Below are positions 55,293 to 64,000 of a DNA stretch of 64,000 bases, one piece after another (the first letter of the stretch is position 1; each line of letters begins with the position of its first letter). The notes below the pieces were generated by a model that worked only from the letters and a program-made list of their open reading frames with translations, ran no database searches and was not told the origin of the DNA. The position numbers were made by a program, and so were the translations under genes. The stretch lies in NCBI GenBank assembly GCA_000934665.2, contig KZ538524.1, positions 1 to 64,000 of the forward strand, written 5' to 3'. Source of the DNA: Catajapyx aquilonaris. Taxonomy: Eukaryota.

Positions 55293-56067
55293 TTAAGACA
55301 ATATTTATTTAAAAAAAAACATTTCAAGTGAAAAATAATGGGACATGGCTAGCTGGAACACCCTGTACCTGAAACATCGCCGCAACTGAGCCCCGGAGCT
55401 TTATTTTACGCCACAACCTCAGCGTGTGACGAATATAAACAGCGTTCACACAACTTCCCGTCTATTACAACTAAAACTGTGCATCTCTTCCATAATTCAA
55501 CCAGCTCCGCACGCAGCATCCTCCTACTTTACGGGCGCAATTGCGTTAAAGAAAAAAAGGTCAACCAACTCTCCGGGTCCGTACATCTACCTTTCTTTTC
55601 AGACATGTTGACAATATTTTTTTTCCCGTCGTCCTCATTTTTTCTCACCGCCCTTCAAGCGAATATATTCCGGCGGTGCCGCACCATGTGACATAAACAG
55701 CCAGAAACGGTCCTCATGGGCCTGACGACGGCAAACACTCGGATTTTTTTTTCTTCTTCTTCCTTTACTTCCACCCAAAGTGAATCCAGTCTCACATGGA
55801 ATCAACATCATTATGCCTGGCAGCCCTGGCGACTTCTCCGATTTCCTTCCGCTTTAACAAGACGGTAACAAAACAAAACTGGGCTCGGTTATTGCTTCCA
55901 CCTGAAATCCTACCTGTCATTCTCGCCCCCTTTGCTGTGGGCGCCAAATTTTCTCCTTCTTATTATTTTCAGAGCTCCCAGACATATACAGGGCACGAAC
56001 AATATTCCAAAGCCTATATAATATAGCGCCAATATTATTTTAACAAAGTATGAAATTGATTTTTTGG

Positions 56068-56168
56068 TAATATTTGTACAAAAATTTATTTGCAATATTT
56101 GTACAGAAATTATTTGCAATATTTGTACAGAAATTATTTGTAATATTTGTACAGGAATTATTTGTAAT
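56068..56168. repeat. 24-bp minisatellite (AATATTTGTACAGAAATTATTTGC), about 4 copies
   Basis: Tandem units are directly visible and explain the QIISVQIL repeat in the spurious ORF 55910..56341. Confidence 0.85.
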
Positions 56169-57409
56169 GGCTTGCAATATGTGTAAAAATATTTAACATT
56201 TTGTACAAAAAATAATTTTTCATAGTTTGTGCAGAAGTTCATTTGTAATTTTTTGTGGAAAATATTGCATCGAATTTTCGATGTAATTATTATCAATCCT
56301 GAAACTGGCTGAGTACGGCTGCTAGGTAAGAAACGTTCCAACTAAAACAAGAAAGCTACGAATCCCTAGACACCAATTTTTTCCCCTCCTCATCCACCAC
56401 CTCCCTTTACCTCCCCACCTCCACCACAAAAAAAAAGTTTAATGAAGTCGCGCCCAGAAGCCATTAGAAGGCGTTTTAAAAACATCTCCGCATTTTGCTT
56501 CTAATATACAACCACTCGGGCAGTGATATCAACTAAAGCCCCGGGTTTGTTTCCAGCATTTGCATAATAACTGTATCATTTATACCCAAAATACATCTGA
56601 AGGGGGATCTAATAAGATTAAAACAATTATGCGGAGGAAGGTCCTATAAAAATTCATTCAGGGGGTAAACACGCCCCCTCTAGAAAAAGCGGGACTTCAG
56701 GAGGATAAGAAGCAGCAAAAATCCGGAGAGGGTTTTTCCGGGGGGAGGCGACAAGCCCAGCTTTTCGATGCCTCTTCTCTCCCCCCTCCCCCCTCCCTAT
56801 AGTCCGATATAATTATGTAACCCCGGCAGCCAAATGTTATTACTTTCTCAGCAGATTAAAATGCTGGGGTGTATAATATTAAAGTGCTATCGCGCGGATA
56901 TAAGCGAAATAGAAACCGTACAGAAGTAACAGCGTCAACTCTAGAAGAAGGAGAGAGAAAAAAAAGTTGGGGGGTAGGGAGCTCATCAAATCAATATTGA
57001 GTTAAATTAACTTTACAGCCTCCCAGTGTCAAACAAATGGCCCAGAAAGTGGGGAGAATTCTACATAATTTCCTTCATTTTCGTCCATAGAAACTTTAAC
57101 ACAAGGCATCATCAACGCAGCGTATCATTATAAAAACACCGAGGAACATTAAGGAGCGGCAAAATCTTTGGAGATGGTTACCTCATTAAGGGAAAGGGAA
57201 AAGAGGGGTGGGTGGGTGGGTGGGTATAGCGGGTTTAAAGACTCCAGGCTCTGGATTCTGGGTTGGGAGAACACCAATGTGGCCAACACCCGCCCCGGAG
57301 AATAGGCATGTTCGGGGAGGGCAATAATTCTGCAGTAACACTTCTAATTCACACTTAAGATACTTATTTTTCCCCCGCGCTTGCTTTTCCAGCCACTCCC
57401 ACCCGCAGG

Positions 57410-57411
<2 letters not shown>

Positions 57412-57460
<49 letters not shown>
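57412..57460. repeat. (CT)n microsatellite
   Basis: Perfect dinucleotide run. Shorter GA, CT and CA runs occur near 9005, 13810, 20920 and 59965. Confidence 0.9.
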
Positions 57461-57465
<5 letters not shown>

Positions 57466-59962
57466 GCCAGCACTTTCTTCGCCCCTCCATCCGACCTTTG
57501 CCTGGAGGGGAGGATTATGCCCAAAAACCCAAATTGGACTGCCAGAAATGGAGAAGAAGCAAATGTGTCACATAACCTGCACCAGCCACACACAAAAAAA
57601 AAAAAACAGTTCTCGGTTGGTTATGGAGGCTTAATTACAGAGCAATACAGGCTGTTGACCCAATGCGACGATTAGTCTCTCATCAATAGTAATAGCAATC
57701 GAGCCAACTACATCTAAGGGCAATCTACAGAAAAAAACACAACAGATCCGTCGCTACCCTCCCAAAAAAAAACTAATAAAAACCGATAATCAATAATTCG
57801 CAAATGAATTCATCGATCCGCACCTAAAATTACATTTTCTTTATATAAAAAAATTGGTCACAAACACCGCCAGGTGACACCAATCTTATTACATTTTTTT
57901 CCTCCCCACACCTGGTTGCTCCAGGTAATTATTAACGAACAACACGTGACCTGCTCGGGCCAAACAAGCTTTCACATGTCATTACCTCCTGACTAATTCA
58001 GTGGGTTCGGATGCACAAATAATTTGTGGCCGCCAAGTGTTGGAATCGACGGTTTCGAACTCGATACCTCCATAGTCGCGCATATGTATGGTTGTACCGA
58101 GAGTCGAAACAAGTCTCTGAATGCGGCTCAATAATCAAGCAGGCCCGCAATGGTATCAAGCCCTTCGTGTAAACCCTATGAATTAAGCATGATCCTATAT
58201 GTGGGCGTGACCTCAACTCCTGGTCAAAAAAAAAGTGATGCCAAAGGTCTGTCACTATAATAAAAATTGGTGTTTCTTTTCCTATAAACTGACGTATCTC
58301 CCTGGTCACAAACAATCAACTTTTTTCGTAACTAAATTAATTTGAAAATCACCACATCAAAGGAGCTCGAATGACGGGTCACAAATGAAATGGTTAGATC
58401 GGACACCAGGACTGTCCTTTTTCGATGCTGAACACCTCTCTTTTTATAGCAGCCCGGGTTGACAGCTATACGGGATTCTCTGTGTATGACACTACTTGCA
58501 AAACCAGATCCAATTTTTACCACTATTATTTTAAAAAAAAAGGTTTGCCAAGGTTTGCCTCTCCCATACCCATAAAAACAACAAAAAAACTTGGGGATGT
58601 CAACGTGTCCCAGACACTACACGTGACAGTCATTGTGACAGGCGACACTGACAAGTGTCCAAAAGGGTCGTGCAATTATAGCCGTCATTATATGCACGCA
58701 GGGGTTTAATCGGGGTTCGATTCCTCTCACCCCCCATTCTGTTACCACCCTGTGAAAAAAAAGCAACAATACAAAAAGTACACACTGTCAGGCAACATGT
58801 ACGAAATTAATTTAAGAAATGGACATTGATCCTAACATGACGCACATTAATCGAAAATAAATAGCGTCCAAGCCTGTATTTTTTGATTGAAATATTTGTG
58901 TAAGCAATGTGCACTATGTTGCAAGGATTAATAACTTCCCCACCACTCTGTGACGTCAGTGTTCTGGATGGTCTCTTTCGTCAGTACTTGCAGGCCCTCT
59001 CCGGGCGATGTGTATAATCCCGTCAACGATCCCCGGCGCTTTTCCAGAAAGAGAATCAACAGCCTATCGACGAGGCCCGGAGTGGCGTGCTTCTCTTCCA
59101 TAACACGGCCAAGAGTAGAAGTGTTTTTCAGTATACCCCTCTGGCCCAGAATTTTATTTTTTTTCTTTTTTTAAATATCATATATTCCAACCCCCCAGAA
59201 CCGTCAGCCTAACTACACTACACTAGTTCGTATCCGACTAAAAACGTATGGATGACACTCATCCTGTTTGGAGCAGTCGAACTGAATGTAAGCTGACAAT
59301 GTGTGACGGCATAGGCGATTATAAACCCAGGCCTGTGATGAACCTAATTAAAACTGATGTAAGAAATCGACTCCGCCATGACCTGGACCAATCAGCTTAA
59401 TTTTTTAGCCTCATCCGTGGTCGGCAAGGGCAGATTTTTTGGTCCCGCTAATACCTCCAATCACATATAATCAGTCCATGTTGCCAGGTACAGATACATA
59501 CATTTTGGCAGGTACAGGCACGCACAATTTTAATACAGGCACGCACTAGTACGGGCGCGCACAGTGGCACAGACAAATTCCCCCCGAAAATAAATAAAGA
59601 TGGAAAGTGAGGTCAAGAGTATACATTTCCTTGAGGCAGGTGATCAGTCAGGAGTCGAAAAGGGACAAAATACGAGGCGAGACAGGTCCGGAAACGATCG
59701 GCGAAACTGTCTTCCGTATCAACCCGGAGCATCCGCGGCCATAGGGAGAGAAGGGTATAGTCGCGGGCTATGAAAAATTCCCTTTTATTTCCCCCGGTCT
59801 GCTCCCTGAAGGTGGGACTGTCGACTGGTGGCGCCGTTTATCTGCATGTATCGGCGCCCGGTCATGTATTATTCAACGGTGTTAGCTGAGCACTGGCCCT
59901 CTGATCAGCGACGATTGATTTCCAGGGGGTTGGAGAGAGGAGGGTGGAAAAAGAGGAGGGTT

Positions 59963-59993
<31 letters not shown>

Positions 59994-62900
59994 CTGAAGG
60001 TGGGGATGAAGACTGGTCAGTATATATACCTCCCAAAATGTGCGATATTAACGCTCCTGGAAAAACATGTCCCGTTCACAACACTCTTAATAATTGAACA
60101 GTATTTGTGGCGATGCGGATGATAAATGTGGTACCAGACCAAACCCACCCGACTAATATTTCATAGACATTTTTTTTTTTGCCATTTGATCTTGCGCTGT
60201 TGGAGCCCACCCTAGCCAATGGCCAAACATTGGGTTGTATTTTCTTTTCCGGACCGGCAAGTCAATCAAGTTGAAGTCAGGGGAAAGGGTGGGATCACAT
60301 ACTCAGTGGTCCACGTGCGAATTAACGATTTTCGCCTCACATGTACTGTACTGGGCAAGTGGGGAGAGAGAGAGAGAGGAGGGCTACGTTCCTCTCTGTT
60401 CCTCCCTAGCAACCATGGCCAAATCCCACCGCTGGCTTACTTTGGTTTACGTACAGTCCTCCCCGGTGCGCTTAAGTAAAACATGAAATGAGATTTAAAT
60501 CAAAGTGATTTCGGGTGTTTTTCGAAGCGGAAGTGCGCAGTTGGGGGTGGGGTGGGTGCTTCCGAATGGCCATAAGATTAGCTCAAAAAAACTGTTTACT
60601 TACTATTAGCATGAACATCTGGACGGACCAGGGGAGAGGAGAAACTGAAATCTCCCCTCTTTGCTCCTCCTCCTCCTTCCTCCCCACATTTTCGGAGGGA
60701 GCTGCTCAACTCTCTCTCCCTCGAAACCCTAGTCATCAATCCATCGAAACCGCACACTTCCCTTTGTTATTCTACTGTTCCATCGAAACCTTGACGATTT
60801 ACTCTACCAGAGATGAAAGGGAAGGCTTCGGAAGGCCCCGAATTCTCCAATATTTACGGTGATCTCTGATAGTGATTACCTAAGAAAAGGATTTTTTTGT
60901 CGTTTTCCTCCAGTCCTGTTGCCGCAAAAATTGTCGGGACATGGCCTACACGTATCCTTCCGCGCTGAAGGTGCAGTGCGGCATCCGCGGAGCCAACAAT
61001 GCGTGCTTCTGGTCGGTGCTAAAGGCCAGGTGTTGCCATTTGCACCAGGCGAAAAATATCGGGGGGGGGGGGGNGGGGGGAGTTTGCCACCACGTGATAA
61101 ATCGGCCGAGGCAACTTTCAACGCCATCAAAATCTTGGCGAAGGCCCACCTCTCTCATGCCTAATTCCATATTCCTATAATTACCCTACTCCAGGCCATT
61201 ATAGCCGTTGATCACGCCATTATATTTATACAGAAACCCCGTTCCACAATTATTCCTAGCCCGCTTTGATATTCCAAGGAAGTCGAAGGAGATTCTGACT
61301 TACACCATATTGTAATAGATGTCGCAACTTTGTCCTCAGTGAAAGTTAAGCTGACCTACTATTTACTCTCAGCTCAGCTCCCAGAGAACATTTGCATGTT
61401 TTGATTGAATCTTCGTTAAAACGGGAGCAAGAGTTGCAACATAATCCATAATAAAACAAGAGGACCTCCCCATTAATCTGAGGCTACATGCTATAAAATC
61501 ACACACAACCAAATTTTTTAGATGGTCTTTACATGCACCAAAGACGGTTCGAAATGTATGCAGTTATTATACGTCGCATGGAAATTGACTGGATATTGCG
61601 GTTTCTTTGCGATTGCACGGGGGGGAAGGTTGGATGTATATTGTCCCTTATCATGCGATGATTTCGTGTTTATGGGGGCGATGGTCACACAATCGTGGAA
61701 TTTACATAACCTGACTCGTTGGGAAGGGCACTCATTGGCTCGTAAAATAAAATGCTAATCGATGGGTCACGGCCGGGATGGTACTGGGTTCAAACCTTGG
61801 TGCAGGCTACCCATTTTTTAAAAATAAAACCACCTTTTTAAAAACAACCAATAAGTGTGAAACCGCCTGCCAAAAAAAATTTTTTCCTCTCAGCAGAAAA
61901 TCTCCCCATCCTGAATAATTCACCTACCACCTTCCTCCTTGGTCCTCGCAACACCTTCCACTCCCCTAAAGGAATTCTTAAGCAATCTTCCCCCCCAAAA
62001 CCCGGGCGCCACAACAGCTCCCATGTTGGGCTCTCCCCCCTCTCACCACCTCAAGACTCCGGAGGCTGCGGGTCCCGGATCAGCGCCAAAATCCGGAGTT
62101 CGGGGGGAAAGGTGGCCCCCAAAATTATTAACAAAGCGGGCGAAATATCACTTATTACCCTCGACGAGCCTTGTTGGTGGCAGAAAAAAAACCCTCGAGG
62201 GTGCATCAACAATTCAAGTCGACGCCACTTTGGGCAGACTACAAAATATCGGTGGCTGTCGCCATTTTAGGCGGTTAACAATCGAGGGTGGGAGTTAACA
62301 ATATTACTTTCTAAATAAGACTTTGCACGGGGTATGCAGTGGGTAATTTATGCAATGGAGCGCAGAAAGTACAGCGTCTGTAAGGATGCATTATTTACGC
62401 ACCCCCCCCCCCCCCCCCGCCAAANATTATTAATTATTGTTTCTGGTTTAAGAATTTACTACAAGCAGCTGTTTCTCTTTCAGGTTGCAAGCCGATAACT
62501 GACTATAGCCTGAATTATCAACGGCGACATACAACTGGGTCCTATACCAACAAAAAGGGCGCAAAATAACACAGTGCTAGGTTACTTATTGCTTATGCAT
62601 CTGGACAATCGTCGATGAAAGTTTTCTCTCCTTTCTGTCCTTATGGAGGTTACACCCGCAGCATATAACGCGGAATCGACTTTTTACATATTACAGGACT
62701 TGTTTCGCACATGGGTCCAAATTGCCGGCCATCTGCAACGCGAAAGTCACGCAACTCTTATATATACGCAGTTACTACACCTACAAAACAAAACACGTAT
62801 ACTTTGATTCTAATCAGGCCCACCAGTTTATTTTCTGGCTTCTAGGAAACTCTCACCCATATTGAAAGGCACCCGTCAATATTCGTGTGTTGGCACAACC

Positions 62901-63587
62901 GCCAGGTTTGGCGTGCCAAAACTGGACTCGCTAATTCCATACGCATAATTGCACGCTTGAGTCTTATTGCAAATATAGTGCGGGGGAATACACGAGAAAA
63001 GTCAGCGCGAAGATGCTATAGTGATGGGCGAAAATCCGGGCTTGTGGCTCATTATTTAGGACTGGGCTTCACCGGATGATATACCGTCAAACGGGTTGAG
63101 ATTGTGCCAGCGATTTTTTTTTTTTGGGGGGGGGGGNGGGGGGACAACAGTGCGCCTTACCGCGAATTTTACTCGTCATTTCCAACCTATTAGTGAAACA
63201 TATACACCTGCTGCCAGTAGGTATCAATCTCACATCAACTGGCACAAACTCATCCCGTCCGACGGTAGCAAAATATTAGATAAAATTGCACTTCCCATGT
63301 ATGATATGTGGAGTGATAGTATTATGACACACCTGCTAGCCCGACACGTGTACACACATGGCGTATATAATTCATACCCAACAAAACATCAACACATCGC
63401 AACATCTCCGGACCAAAAGTGTCGGGGACGGCCCAACACCACGTGAAGATACCCGTCTTTATTCCGCCGATAGGCCTCCACACAGCGCATGTCTTAAGAT
63501 GGGCAAAAAAGCCCGGCGCCCAAGTAGCGCCCCCCCCCCCTCTTCTCCACCCCTCTTCAATGATAGAGCCTAGCGATAGCAACATAC

Positions 63588-63820
63588 CTGAAGGCCAGGG
63601 ACAGCTCCCTAAGACGACCGGTGGCGCATGGGTGACCTGGACCAACCAAAGGATGGGCCCCCCTCCACCACCTCCTCCACCTCCACCCCCTCCTCCTCCT
63701 CCAGACCGTCTTGGCCGTGTCCCACCACCATTGACACTAGTGACACCAGACGGTCAGTCTTTTCTCCCCCAACCCCAACGGTGGTCATCACCAGTGTGTC
63801 CGGGCAGTAGTTTGGGCTAT
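63588..63820 (-). other. Candidate distal first (5' leader) exon containing an upstream ORF and a GGA/GGT-repeat tract
   Basis: There is a donor CAG|GTATGT at 63588/63587 and TATA-like and GC-box motifs about 30 nt upstream of the estimated start. A uORF runs from 63788 to 63609. The start coordinate is approximate. Confidence 0.45.
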
Positions 63821-63823
63821 GGT

Positions 63824-63860
63824 CCCGCCCTTAAACTCGCCGTGGCTTATAGCCCGCCCC
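63824..63860 (-). promoter_or_regulatory. Candidate core promoter (GC box, TATAAG, second GC box)
   Basis: The minus strand reads GGGGCGGGC-TATAAG (63860-63846) and then TTTAA-GGGCGGG (63835-63824), directly upstream of the candidate exon. Confidence 0.35.
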
Positions 63861-64000
63861 TGTCCCTCCACGCGCACACATAACACACACACCCCACGCC
63901 CCCTGCAACCCCCCCACCACACCACACCCCCCCACACAGCCACGGGGGAATCACACAACCACCCCCTCTCTTGAAAAGCACCGAAAAAATGCAATGTCCA

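Noticed and set aside
61780..61815. B-box-like GGTTCAAACC (also GGTTCGATTCC near 58715) as a tRNA or SINE head
   Set aside because: There is no convincing A box or cloverleaf. At most these are decayed SINE fragments.
63419..63883. Plus-strand 154-aa ORF with poly-proline
   Set aside because: It is the antisense reading of the GGA-rich tract. I see no domain, and the splice and promoter signals point to the minus strand.

Overview
This is eukaryotic, almost entirely non-coding DNA, most likely from an arthropod. It is rich in poly-C/poly-G runs, microsatellites and small transposon relics, and has a few assembly gaps. The best-supported coding feature is a 120-nt minus-strand exon at 28357-28476 (DAAMMDHETDGEGAINLSTSQRPSAATTPNGSLDYEEHEQ). 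It closely resembles the N-terminus of arthropod FoxP proteins as I recall them; I could not run a search to confirm this. The window therefore looks like the 5' part of a large minus-strand FoxP locus with very long introns. The poly-Q, zinc-finger, leucine-zipper and forkhead exons are not visible and would lie left of position 1. Several candidate alternative first exons end in donors that are in phase with this exon: 63588-~63820, 49910-50009 (MVK), possibly 37512, and downstream 16850-16913. Forkhead motifs flank one candidate TSS. The introns hold mariner- and piggyBac-like MITEs, a nested TE cluster with empty-site copies, and retroposon 3' ends with covarying stems. Almost all listed ORFs look spurious. 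I found no prokaryotic-type system, CRISPR array, rRNA or intact tRNA.
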